NCBI GenBank assembly: GCA_965222375.1
Contig: CBDCTZ010000013.1
Span: forward strand, 416,001-480,000
Direction: 5' to 3'
Length of the DNA: 64,000 nucleotides
Origin: Polyangiaceae bacterium
GTDB taxonomy: Bacteria; Myxococcota_A; Polyangia; Polyangiales; Polyangiaceae
The notes under the pieces were generated by a model, which saw nothing but the letters and a program-made list of their open reading frames with translations, had not been told where the DNA came from and searched no databases. The position numbers were made by a program, and so were the translations under genes. The number at the start of each line of letters is the position of its first letter. Within the stretch, counting starts at the first letter, position 1. Positions 10,008-19,496 of the stretch are shown here, piece after piece.

Positions 10008-10339
10008 ATCGACGGATCGCAAAACTGGCGAAGCTGCTGTCGCCAAAGATGTTCAAGGCGCTCGCAGACCCGACACGCATGAAGATCTTGCAGGCGCTCG
10101 TAGCGGAACGCACTGCAAGCTGCACGGTTGGCCAAATCGCATCTCTATGTCCCGTCGACACTTCCGTCGTGTCGCGGCACCTGGCGGTCCTACGCGACGC
10201 CGGCGTCCTGGAAGCGGAACGCCAGGGCAAGGAGGTTCACTACCGAGTAGAAGTCTCTAGCGTCGTCGCCTGGCTGCGGGAAACCGCGGACGCGCTGGAA
10301 AGCTGCTGCCCGCCGGCAAAGAAGCGAAGCGGCGGCTGA
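10004..10339 (+). CDS. ArsR/SmtB family transcriptional repressor
   Basis: FKALADPTRMKIL, VSRHLAVLRDAG, ERQGKEVHY; C-terminal CC pair; ATGA overlap with the upstream gene. Confidence 0.92.
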   Translation: MNRRIAKLAKLLSPKMFKALADPTRMKILQALVAERTASCTVGQIASLCPVDTSVVSRHLAVLRDAGVLEAERQGKEVHYRVEVSSVVAWLRETADALESCCPPAKKRSGG

Positions 10340-10397
10340 TGTTCGTCGCCCAATGGCCTTGCACAATGGTGGCGGCACCGAGCAACGGTCGCTAGCA

Positions 10398-10905
10398 CTA
10401 GTGCTCTCGGCTGGGCGCAACACTGTGCATGAAGCGGGGTCGCCCCTGGACCATGGCGGCGGAGTGGATCACCAGGTCGTCGCGCTTGGCCGCGTTGCGA
10501 CTGGAGATGCACGCGCTCAACGCCTCACGCGGGCTCGCTGCCGTGGTTGCGCTCTTGACTATGCGTTTGGCCGTGACGAGGCAGGGCTTGCCAGCGTTGA
10601 GATCCAGCTTGGTGCATGCGAGCACCATGCACTTCTGCCCCTTCGCCAGGTAGGCCGAGAGCAGCTGAGGGATCGGCACGGAATTCCCTGCCCTGCCTTC
10701 CCACAAACGGAGCCGCGTTGGGTCGTCAGGAAGCGTGTAGCCAGAGAAGGCCTTCAAGCGTTCCCGAAGGCCGAAGGTTTTGGAGACGGGTAGCCCGGAG
10801 AAAACGGGTTTGATCACCAGCCCGGCCGAGTCTGTGAACCGCTGGTGGCCGGCTCGCTCTTTTTGATCCGGCGCGTGACCGAGGTAAGCCTCGAGGCTGT
10901 CGACA
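10398..10905 (-). pseudogene. Possible 5'-truncated gene fragment of unknown family
   Basis: Protein-like frame (VDSLEAYLG...LVIKPVFSG...RLRLWEG) whose only start lies inside the opposite-strand MBL fragment. Confidence 0.3.
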
Positions 10906-10909
10906 GGAA

Positions 10910-11182
10910 AAGGAGATCGAGAAGGTCGATTACGCACTGCTCGATGGCACTTTCTTCGCAGATGGCGAAATCCCCGGGCGCAGCATGGCGGAGATCCCGC
11001 ATCCGTTCATCATGGAGTCCCTCTCGCGATTCGATTCCATGCCGGCGGAGCAGCGCGGAAAGGTATGGTTCACCCACTTGAACCATACGAACCCGGCGTC
11101 GGATCCGGACTCCGAGGCAGCAGCGAAGGTTCGACAGGCCGGGATGGCCATCGCCAGGGATGGACAGACTTTCGAACTGTGA
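10910..11182 (+). pseudogene. C-terminal fragment of a PqqB-like MBL-fold hydrolase
   Basis: KVDYALLDGTFFADGEIPGRSMAEIPHP...FTHLNHTNP; no N-terminal HxHxDH region found upstream. Confidence 0.75.
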
Positions 11183-11205
11183 GAGGCAATGATGGCCCGG
11201 ACCAC

Positions 11206-12684
11206 CTACTGCGGGTCCGTGTTTGGTTTTTGGGCTGGCGCCTTTTGTGTCTCCTGGATTTCGATCAGCTTCAGGTGGTAGCTGGCCTTGCGGCGTTCGG
11301 ACGGATCTTGGCTCAGCTCGAGGACGCGGTGAAACGCCGCCTTCGCCTGAACCAAGCGTCCCCGCGCTAGCTCCGACACACCTAGGTTTTGGAAGGCCGC
11401 GTCGAGATCCACATAGGCCCAAGCGTCGCTCGGGCTGTTCGCCGCGCGCCCAAAGTAGCCGGCGGCGCTGTCGAAGTCGCGGCGCTGCATAGCGCTGAGG
11501 CCAAGATAAAAATGTGCTTCTCGACAGATCGGCTGCCGCGTCTCCTCGGGCGTCCAGAGCGCAACGTCGTCCTTGTAGCGGGAGCCTTGGCCAAAACTGA
11601 CCAGGGCGAAGATGCCGAGCAGTACGCCTGCACCACGTTTGAGGGCCAGAGATGCACTCCCGAGCTGTTTGCCGAAACAGAGTGCAAGCAAACACAGCGG
11701 TACGTAAAGGTAGTGCGGCGACCAGAAGCGAGACAGAGGAACCAGGTTCAGAATCGGAACGAAGCTCAGCGCAGCCAGTAGTCCCAGCTTTGGAAGTTTG
11801 ATGGCTAAGAACACCAGCAGGCCCACGGCGAGGGCGCCGAACGCGGCCGAAGCGCTGATGACGGACTCGATGCGGATGGCATCACAGATAGTTGGATCCA
11901 GCGGGAGCAGCAGCGCCTTCGCCGACTTGGTGATCGCAGCTAGCCGCGTTCCGATCGCCTGATCGACTGTGGCCACCGGGAAACCCGCGCGATAAGCCGG
12001 GGCAAACTTGAGCCACAAGGCAAGTGCCCCGCAGAGCGCGAGCAACTCGCCGACGAGAAGCCGACCCTGCGGAAGCTCGAACTTCCATCCCCCGCGCCGG
12101 CTCAAGACAAGCAGCGCCAGCGGAGCGTAGACAAACATGGTCTCTTTGCTCAGGCAGCCGAGAAAGATGCAACAAGCCGCGCCCAGGACGTGTTTCCTGA
12201 GGTGGAAGATGATCAGTCCGAAAAGAAAGACCGCGAGCATTGACTCAGAGCGAAAAGCGATCGCGCCGGCGACGAGCGAGCTGACGGGGTGCACGGCCGC
12301 GACACCGCCACAGAGCAGTGCGCCGAGGCGCGACAGCCCGAGCTCCAGAGCCAACTTCGCCAGCAGCGCCGCGGCTGCCGCATGCCAAACAACACTGTGC
12401 AAGTGGTACCAGCGCACGGAGTCCACCAGCGCATCGACCGAGAGGACGAGTGCCATCAGGGGCCGGTAGTACCCCGTGTCTGCGAAGCCGCGCGTGAACA
12501 GGGACAGCCAAGCTCCGGGTTCCGCAACGGCTGCGCCGGCGCCGATGTGTGCGTGATCGAGCCACACGAAACCGCCGTTCACTGCCTGGGCGTGAACTAC
12601 AGCCGCCAGGCAGGCCACGAGCCACGCGGGCCCCACCTTTTCTAGCAGCTGTGCTGGGCCCGACGTTGCCGAGGTGCCGCCCAC
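11206..12684 (-). CDS. TMTC-like GT-C membrane glycosyltransferase with C-terminal TPR
   Basis: GFVWLD, YYRPL, VHPV...IAFRSE, LSKET, many TM segments, then TPR motifs (AHFYLG, AFQNLG). Confidence 0.8.
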   Translation of the reverse strand: MGGTSATSGPAQLLEKVGPAWLVACLAAVVHAQAVNGGFVWLDHAHIGAGAAVAEPGAWLSLFTRGFADTGYYRPLMALVLSVDALVDSVRWYHLHSVVWHAAAAALLAKLALELGLSRLGALLCGGVAAVHPVSSLVAGAIAFRSESMLAVFLFGLIIFHLRKHVLGAACCIFLGCLSKETMFVYAPLALLVLSRRGGWKFELPQGRLLVGELLALCGALALWLKFAPAYRAGFPVATVDQAIGTRLAAITKSAKALLLPLDPTICDAIRIESVISASAAFGALAVGLLVFLAIKLPKLGLLAALSFVPILNLVPLSRFWSPHYLYVPLCLLALCFGKQLGSASLALKRGAGVLLGIFALVSFGQGSRYKDDVALWTPEETRQPICREAHFYLGLSAMQRRDFDSAAGYFGRAANSPSDAWAYVDLDAAFQNLGVSELARGRLVQAKAAFHRVLELSQDPSERRKASYHLKLIEIQETQKAPAQKPNTDPQ

Positions 12685-12705
12685 AGCGGTTACGCCTGTA
12701 CTGCT

Positions 12706-13857
12706 CTAGTCCCTCGTGATCGTGAACTGATCGACGACCTTGTCGCTCACGTTCTTGAAGTAGCCCTTGGCCGCCTTGGGGTTGCCGTTGATGTTGAAGT
12801 CAATGAACAGCGCACCGTATTCAGCATTCTGATCGCTCGTGTAAATGAACGCCCATTCCTGCTTGCAACCGTAGGGGAACGTGAACGGCAAGCAGCGATC
12901 TTGATTGCGGATTCCGATGCCCCCAAGCCCCGATACGAACGCGAACGTGCGCCCGGGACCCACGCAGAGCTTCCCGGCATCCAAGCACGTGGAATCGACG
13001 GTCTGGTTTTCCATGCTGGTCAGCGTTCGGGTGCGTGAGTAGCTGTGCTCATGGCCCGTCGCGATGATGCCACCGTACTTGCGGCAGTTCTCGTAGATCG
13101 GCCAGCCCATCTCGTTGCCCTTGCCTCCGACCTGCATCGCGTTCTGGTTCTTGTGCCAGGAGCAGACCTTCCAGATGTGCTTGTCGTTCTTCAGGTAGGT
13201 ATCGACGTGTGCGGCATGCTCCACGTTCTTGCCGTTCTCGCCAGCGAGCACGACCTTCAGCCCCTTGTAGTTGAAGGCGTAGTTTTCGTCGGAGAGGTCC
13301 CCCTCCTCGATCGTGACGCCGTTGTCCTTCATTCGCTTCTCGAATTCCGCGGCATAACCAGCCCAGGCGTTGTCGTCGTGATTGCCGACGGAGCCGAAGT
13401 AGGGGTACTTCGCACCCAGCACGCTGTTGATCACGGGAAAGAACTCCGCAGGCTTCTCCTGGTAGTCGAAGTCTCCTTGGTGGAGCACGAAGTCCGCGCC
13501 CTCGGCCTTGATCAAGTTGAGCACCTTGACGAAGTTGGAACCCTTGCCGCTATCGCCGATGAAGGCGACGCGCAAATCCGCCTCGGTTGGGATCTCGCCG
13601 GTGCTGCCCGCGGTCCCGCCGCTGCCCGATGCTCCACTGCTGCCACTCGAGCCAGACGTACCGCCGCTACCGGAGGCCCCAGAAGCCCCACCTCCGCTTC
13701 CTCCCGAGGAGGCTCCGGCGCTACCACCCGTTGCTCCGGCGCTGCCGGCGCTTCCGCCCGTATTCGAAGCGGCATCGTCATCCGAGCCGCAGCTCGCCAC
13801 ACTGGCCAGGAACCCCAGTGTGCAACCGGCAAGTGCTAGTTGGTGGCTGATACTCAT
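12706..13857 (-). CDS. Calcineurin-like metallophosphoesterase lipoprotein
   Basis: Lipobox VASC, G/S linker, GDSG, QGDFDY, GNHD, GHEHSY; start 13857 preferred to 13911. Confidence 0.9.
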   Translation of the reverse strand: MSISHQLALAGCTLGFLASVASCGSDDDAASNTGGSAGSAGATGGSAGASSGGSGGGASGASGSGGTSGSSGSSGASGSGGTAGSTGEIPTEADLRVAFIGDSGKGSNFVKVLNLIKAEGADFVLHQGDFDYQEKPAEFFPVINSVLGAKYPYFGSVGNHDDNAWAGYAAEFEKRMKDNGVTIEEGDLSDENYAFNYKGLKVVLAGENGKNVEHAAHVDTYLKNDKHIWKVCSWHKNQNAMQVGGKGNEMGWPIYENCRKYGGIIATGHEHSYSRTRTLTSMENQTVDSTCLDAGKLCVGPGRTFAFVSGLGGIGIRNQDRCLPFTFPYGCKQEWAFIYTSDQNAEYGALFIDFNINGNPKAAKGYFKNVSDKVVDQFTITRD

Positions 13858-13952
13858 GATCTTGCTCCGCTCCTTGGGCGAAAGCATGCCCTGGTTTGGA
13901 GAAACTGTCATCCCGGGATAGTCTGCCGGACTTCATCGGCGAGGGGACTTGC

Positions 13953-14885
13953 ATGGCACATCGACTCGAAGCCACAGCGCTGCTGGCGGCACTGGTTTTC
14001 AGCTTTGGCTGCGGCTCGGACGAAGTCATCGCGGCCAGCGGCGGTGCCGGGGGCACCGGCGGCGGCGCGGGTGCTGGCGGTGCGACCGGTGGTAGCGCGG
14101 GAACCGGCGGAGGCGACGCAGGCCCCACCATCAGCTATTCGGGTAGGTTCACGGAATTTGCACTCATCGGCAACGAGCCGCCCTTGGAGGATGCAGAGAT
14201 CTGTGTCGTCGATCACCCTCAGATCCCGTGCGTGAACACCGACGCCGACGGCAAGTATCTGCTCACGGGAGTGCCAGCGAATACGGAGCTGGCCATCACG
14301 GCTACCAAAGACGGCTTTCAGGGCAACTTGGTGCTGGCGGTGTCCGGCGAGGTCGATCAAACCGTGGACGCCTTCATGATCAACAACACCCTCGCGCAGC
14401 TCGTCTACACAGGCGCGGGCTTCACGTGGCCCCTCAACAACGAAGGCACCCTCACCGCGGGTGTGTTCCACCGTGTACCGGTGAACGGTGGCGGGGACGC
14501 AGGAGGCGGGGACGCAGGAGGCGGGGACGCAGGAGGCGGAGACGCGGGCGCGACCGATGCGGCCACTAGCGACGCGGCTGGCACTGACGCGGGCACCAAG
14601 AACGAAGGCTTGGACGGCGCGACCATGACGGTGACCCCCGTGGCGGGCAAAGGGCCCGTGTACCTGAGCTCGGGGGGCACACCAGACCAGGGTGCGACCG
14701 CAACCTCGTCGCAAGGATTCGGCATCTTCGGCAATCTCCCACCGGGTGACTATGAGGTCGCCGTGTCCCACCCAACCAAGACTTGCGTCATCGACCTGCT
14801 CGGCTGGCCAGCAACGAACAAGAGCGCCGCGCGCGTACGCGTCCAAGCCGACTTCATCGCGGCTGCTACCTTCATCTGCGAGTAG
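13953..14885 (+). CDS. Lipoprotein with carboxypeptidase-regulatory-like beta-sandwich domains
   Basis: FGCGSD lipobox, Gly linker, TDADGKYLLTGVP and NLPPGDYEV motifs. Confidence 0.8.
   Translation: MAHRLEATALLAALVFSFGCGSDEVIAASGGAGGTGGGAGAGGATGGSAGTGGGDAGPTISYSGRFTEFALIGNEPPLEDAEICVVDHPQIPCVNTDADGKYLLTGVPANTELAITATKDGFQGNLVLAVSGEVDQTVDAFMINNTLAQLVYTGAGFTWPLNNEGTLTAGVFHRVPVNGGGDAGGGDAGGGDAGGGDAGATDAATSDAAGTDAGTKNEGLDGATMTVTPVAGKGPVYLSSGGTPDQGATATSSQGFGIFGNLPPGDYEVAVSHPTKTCVIDLLGWPATNKSAARVRVQADFIAAATFICE
14490..14549 (+). repeat. 15-bp tandem repeat encoding (GGDAG)n
   Basis: GGCGGGGACGCAGGA x3 perfect plus one degenerate copy. Confidence 0.9.
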
Positions 14886-15214
14886 CTGCAGTCCCTGAGA
14901 GCGCGAGACTACGGCCAGCGTTCCGTGGACCCGCAAAGGCAAAGCTCCCGAGCGGGGTTGTTCGGTTGACTGGGTCGCATCGCGGGGCGTCGTTGGGCCG
15001 CGACTCCCAACCTGGACCGAAGCGTTGCGGTGGGCGCAAAAGGCCCGGGCAGAAACCTCGAGCTATTCGCGTGACGGATCGGCGCTCCACTACGTTTAGG
15101 TATGAAATGGCGCTGAATCTTGCTCTCGCTGCCAAACGGCCCTGGAATCCACTATTTTCCATGGCAAAGGGAAGCTTTTGTAGGGTCGCCCGTAGCAGGC
15201 ACCCGGAGGGATCT

Positions 15215-16483
15215 ATGCGATTGATGACCTACTTGGGCTTTGCGGCCATCGGGAGCCTGCTGGGCGCGGGGGCGCTCAGCGCTTGCTCGGGTGCCACGGA
15301 CGGAAATGAAGTGGGCGGCGGCGCACAGCCGGGCACCGGCGGGACCGGGGGCGGCGGGGGCCTGCCCGATTCGGGCATTGCTTTCGATTCCGGCAATCCC
15401 GACGGCGGCTCCACGGACGCGAGCGCCTGCGGCAAGCTACAAGAAACCGCACAGATCGAGATCAAGCCCGCGGACATCGTGTTCATCGTGGATAACTCGT
15501 GCTCGATGAACCAGGAAGCGCAAGGCGTGCAAGACAACATCGCCACGAACTTCGCGCAGATCATCAGCGCCAGCGGAATCGACTATCGGGTGATTCTCAT
15601 CTCCGACAATGGCCCGACATCCTCGGGATCCATCTGCGTGGGGCCACCCCTAGGCAACAGCATCTGCCCGCCAACCAGCGGCACGGCGCCGAAGAACAAC
15701 CCGCCGCTCTTCTATCACTTCGACAAAGGCGATGTGTACAGCACGGACGGCTGGTGCAAAGCCAAGCAGTGGTACAACCAGGCCGACGTACACGGCCTAG
15801 CGCCAGGCGGTTGGAAGGACTGGCTGCGCCCCGGAAGCTTGAAGGCCTTTGTGATGGTGACCGACGATCGCGTGTCGTGCAGCGGCTACACCGACTCCAG
15901 CAACCCGCTCGCAACGGCGCAGAAGTTCGATCAGGACCTGATGGCCCTGGACCCGACCATGTTCGGCACCGTCGCGAATCGCAACTACGTCTGGTACAGC
16001 ATCGTCGGCGTTGGCGCGAACCCGGCAGACCCAACCGGCGCCTATCAGCCCAACGAGCCAATCACGAGCAGCAAGTGCTCAGGTGCCGTCAATGCCAGCC
16101 CGGGCAATCAAGCGCTCAGCCAGATCACTGGTGGGCTGCGTTTCCCGGTATGCAACGGCTTCCAGTACGACGAGGTCTTCAAAGCCATCGCCAAAGGCGT
16201 CATCGCCGGCGCCAAGGTCGCGTGCGATTTCCAGCTGCCGGATCCACCCAAGGGCAAGGAGTTCAATCTCGACAGCGTTTCCGTCAACTACACGCCGGGG
16301 GGGTCGACCACGCCACAGCATTTGACTCAGGTCGCCAACGCGGCGTTGTGCGCGCCGGGCAAGTTCTATATCGACACCACTATCGATCGCGTCTTCCTGT
16401 GCCCCGCGGCATGTGGGGCGGTGCAGCAAGATCCGGATGCAAAGCTCGACGTTCTCGTGGACTGTGTCACGGACGTGAAGTAG
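15215..16483 (+). CDS. VWA-domain (MIDAS) lipoprotein, Cys-rich
   Basis: LSAC lipobox, Gly linker, DIVFIVDNSCSM (DxSxS), VMVTDD; GGAGGG RBS before ATG 15215. Confidence 0.82.
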   Translation: MRLMTYLGFAAIGSLLGAGALSACSGATDGNEVGGGAQPGTGGTGGGGGLPDSGIAFDSGNPDGGSTDASACGKLQETAQIEIKPADIVFIVDNSCSMNQEAQGVQDNIATNFAQIISASGIDYRVILISDNGPTSSGSICVGPPLGNSICPPTSGTAPKNNPPLFYHFDKGDVYSTDGWCKAKQWYNQADVHGLAPGGWKDWLRPGSLKAFVMVTDDRVSCSGYTDSSNPLATAQKFDQDLMALDPTMFGTVANRNYVWYSIVGVGANPADPTGAYQPNEPITSSKCSGAVNASPGNQALSQITGGLRFPVCNGFQYDEVFKAIAKGVIAGAKVACDFQLPDPPKGKEFNLDSVSVNYTPGGSTTPQHLTQVANAALCAPGKFYIDTTIDRVFLCPAACGAVQQDPDAKLDVLVDCVTDVK

Positions 16484-16790
16484 CCAGGCACTGGAGACCA
16501 GGCGCCCCCCGATGGCACCATTCCCCGGGACGGCAAGGCCGGGGTGCGGCTGACCGAACCGCTCCAGCCCGGGGCGATGTGATGGGGTGGCTCGCGACCT
16601 GGTGAATAGCCGCCGGGGCGCTTTTCGCATGCGCAGGGGCTGGCCATGGTGGCTGCATACGGTGTCTGGGTGTGACGACAGTCATCGCGAACCCGACGGG
16701 GGGCTGAGCGGTCGGCACGCTGTCCGCGGAGCCGACAGATCCCTCGCCGCCCCTTGCGGCTGCGGCCCGGCGGACACATGAGCTTTCAGG

Positions 16791-19496
16791 ATGTTCGGAG
16801 GGCTGGGACAGATACGATCAGGCGAGGGTCGCGACACCTTGGTGGCGGCGGGCAGCCTATTCGTTCTCCTAGCCGCGCATGCGCTGTTGGAAACGGCTCG
16901 AGATGCGCTCTTCCTAGCGAGCATCGACGCAGCACAGCTGCCGGTGGTGTATATCGGAGTAGCCGTGGCGGCCCTGGCGGTTTCGAGCCTCCAGGAGCGT
17001 GGACCGAGTGGGCGCGCCGCCCTTTCCGCTTGGCTTGGGATCTCCGGACTGGTGACAGGTGGCTTTCACTTCCTGATCGAGTCGGGTCTCTGGGTGCTGT
17101 ACGCCCTCTACATCTGGTCCGCGGTCGTCGTGACAGTGGGGCTCACGCGGTTCTTCATTCTCCTCGGTGGTCGTTTCTCGCAGAGCCAGGCCAAGCGCCT
17201 CTACTCGGTCATCGGTGCGGGGAGCGTACTCGGAGCCATCGCCGGCTCCGGCCTGGCCGGACTGCTTCTGACGACGATCACCGCACACGAGCTGTTGATG
17301 GTCGGGGCGGGCGCATTGCTGCTGGCAGCCTTGGGTCCGTTGGCGCTGTCGACTGCGGAAGAAAAGGCGCACGAGCCGACACCGGACAAGACCTCACCGT
17401 TGCAGAGCATGACGACGACCCTGCAGCACCCCTACGCGCGGAGGGTAGCCGTTCTAATGGTGTTGGCGACGGTGACCTTTACCTTCGTGGATTTCGCCTT
17501 CAAGAGCGAGGTGGCCGGCAACGTTCCTGCAGAAGAGCTGGGGTTCTTCTTTGCCCGGGTGTACTTCGCGCTGAACGTCGTTTCGCTCTTCGTTCAGCTC
17601 TTCCTCGTCAACTGGCTCATCCGCGTGGGCGGCCCCACTCGCGCGTTAGCCCTATTGCCCGGCTTGCTCGTCATCGGCGGGCTAGGAGTGCTCCTAGGTG
17701 GCGGCGTATTCGCTGGCGTCGCGCTCAAAGGAGCGGATGGGAGTTTGCGACATTCCCTCCACCGTACGGCAAGCGAACTGCTCTATGTGCCGATGAGCGG
17801 GGAGCTCCGCAAGGCGTCGAAGACGCTCATCGACATCGCCGGGCACCGCGGTGGGCAGGCGATCGCGTCCGTTATCATCCTTTGCATCGCTGCCGTCGGT
17901 ATCGACTCGATCTACATCGGCGCAGCGATTGTCGTCCTTGCGGGGGTGGCTTTTGGGCTCACGCTGGAACTCCGCCACCACTACCTCGACGTTTTTCGCG
18001 GGACCCTGGCCGAGGCCGCGGAACACAAACATGTGGCGTTCCCAGAGCTGAGCTTGGCAACCCTCGAGTCGCTCATCGCGGCGCTGAGCAGCACGGACGA
18101 AAAAAGGGTCGAGGTAGCGCTAGAGCTTTTCGCAGAGCAAGGGCGCGCCCACCTCATTCCTTCCCTCATCCTCTACCATCCCGATCCGGACGTGTTGGCG
18201 AAAGCGCTAGGCCTTCTCGCGAGTACGGGTCGGACGGACTTCATCCCTCTCGCGGACCGGCTGCTGAACCACGAGTACGCCCACGTGAGAGCCGCGGCCT
18301 TGCGGGCACGCATGGAGCTCGCGCCGGAAGAAGAGCTACTGCGCAGCAAGGTGGAAGTGCGCTGCCCAGTGGTACGCGCCACGGCGTTGGTTGGCCTGAC
18401 GGCAGCTGGGTTTTCAACCATCGAAGAGACCGGGGATTACCTGGACGCGGTCGTCACGGACGGAAGCGACATAGCCAAGGAGGCATTGGCTCGCGCTATC
18501 GGCTATGGGCCAGCGCGGGAACACGACGAGTACTTGATGCGGCTCGCGGAGAGCGACAAGGATGAGGTGCTCCTCTCGGTGGCGCGCTCCATGGGCAAGT
18601 CTCCGATGCCCCAGTTCGTACCGCACCTCGTGAACATGTTGGCTCGTCGAACCGTGCGCAGCGAGGCGCGCCGGGCCCTCGTCGGACTGGGTGACGAGGC
18701 CCTGGGTGTTCTCGAGTCCACGCTTCTGGACGAGGATGGGGACGTCGGCGTTCGACGCCAGATCCCTCACACGATCGTATTGTTTGACCCGGACCAGGCC
18801 GCCAAGATCCTCTCCGGAGCTCTGTCTGAAGTGCAAAGCGGTGCCGTGCGATATCGGATCCTGCGCGCGCTCAACCGTCTGGTCAGCGAGCACCCCAAGG
18901 TCAGTCTCGATCGCAGACAATTCTCGGCGGCTCTCGAGCGCGAGGTCTCCGGGGCGTACCGCTTGCTCGACTGGCGCTTGGCCCTGGAAAGGGGGGCAGG
19001 GGAGCAGCCGGCCCGCAAGTCGAAAACCCATCAGCTTCTCGTCAGGATGCTCCGCGGCAAAGAGGAGAACGCGCGGGAGCGGATGTTCAGGCTCCTCGGT
19101 GTCTTGCATCCTGAGCAAGGGCTGCAGACGCTCTATCGCGGGCTAAAGAGCGAGCGCGCCGATGTGGGTGCGAGCGTACTCGAGCTGTTGGAGAGCTTCG
19201 TCGCGCCCAGGGTGCGCCGGGCCGTGTTGGGTCTGGTCGACGACCTTCCCGATCAGGAACGCCTCCGACTATCGGATGCGCCAGCGAAACTCAGCTACAA
19301 CGATGTGCTGCGCGCCTTGCTGGATGCAGACAGCGATCCCCTGCGAAGCCTCGCTGTGTACCACGTGGGTGAGCTTGGTCTAGTGGACCTGAAGCCCACT
19401 CTCGAAGCGCTGAAGCCCGAACCGAACACCTCATTGGCCTCGGTGATTCAACAGACCATCGCCCTACTCGCGATGGACCCGGAGCCCGCGTCATGA
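16791..19496 (+). CDS. Npt1/Npt2-like (NTT/TLC) MFS transporter fused to HEAT repeats
   Basis: LETARDALFL, QAKRLYSVIGAG, VDFAFK, LRHSLHRTASELLYVP; about 12 TM segments then HEAT-like helical repeats. Confidence 0.88.
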   Translation: MFGGLGQIRSGEGRDTLVAAGSLFVLLAAHALLETARDALFLASIDAAQLPVVYIGVAVAALAVSSLQERGPSGRAALSAWLGISGLVTGGFHFLIESGLWVLYALYIWSAVVVTVGLTRFFILLGGRFSQSQAKRLYSVIGAGSVLGAIAGSGLAGLLLTTITAHELLMVGAGALLLAALGPLALSTAEEKAHEPTPDKTSPLQSMTTTLQHPYARRVAVLMVLATVTFTFVDFAFKSEVAGNVPAEELGFFFARVYFALNVVSLFVQLFLVNWLIRVGGPTRALALLPGLLVIGGLGVLLGGGVFAGVALKGADGSLRHSLHRTASELLYVPMSGELRKASKTLIDIAGHRGGQAIASVIILCIAAVGIDSIYIGAAIVVLAGVAFGLTLELRHHYLDVFRGTLAEAAEHKHVAFPELSLATLESLIAALSSTDEKRVEVALELFAEQGRAHLIPSLILYHPDPDVLAKALGLLASTGRTDFIPLADRLLNHEYAHVRAAALRARMELAPEEELLRSKVEVRCPVVRATALVGLTAAGFSTIEETGDYLDAVVTDGSDIAKEALARAIGYGPAREHDEYLMRLAESDKDEVLLSVARSMGKSPMPQFVPHLVNMLARRTVRSEARRALVGLGDEALGVLESTLLDEDGDVGVRRQIPHTIVLFDPDQAAKILSGALSEVQSGAVRYRILRALNRLVSEHPKVSLDRRQFSAALEREVSGAYRLLDWRLALERGAGEQPARKSKTHQLLVRMLRGKEENARERMFRLLGVLHPEQGLQTLYRGLKSERADVGASVLELLESFVAPRVRRAVLGLVDDLPDQERLRLSDAPAKLSYNDVLRALLDADSDPLRSLAVYHVGELGLVDLKPTLEALKPEPNTSLASVIQQTIALLAMDPEPAS

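Noticed and set aside
14925..15010. c-di-GMP-I riboswitch-like GGCAAA start
   Set aside because: Lacks the GAAA tetraloop and downstream GACGCAAAGC elements
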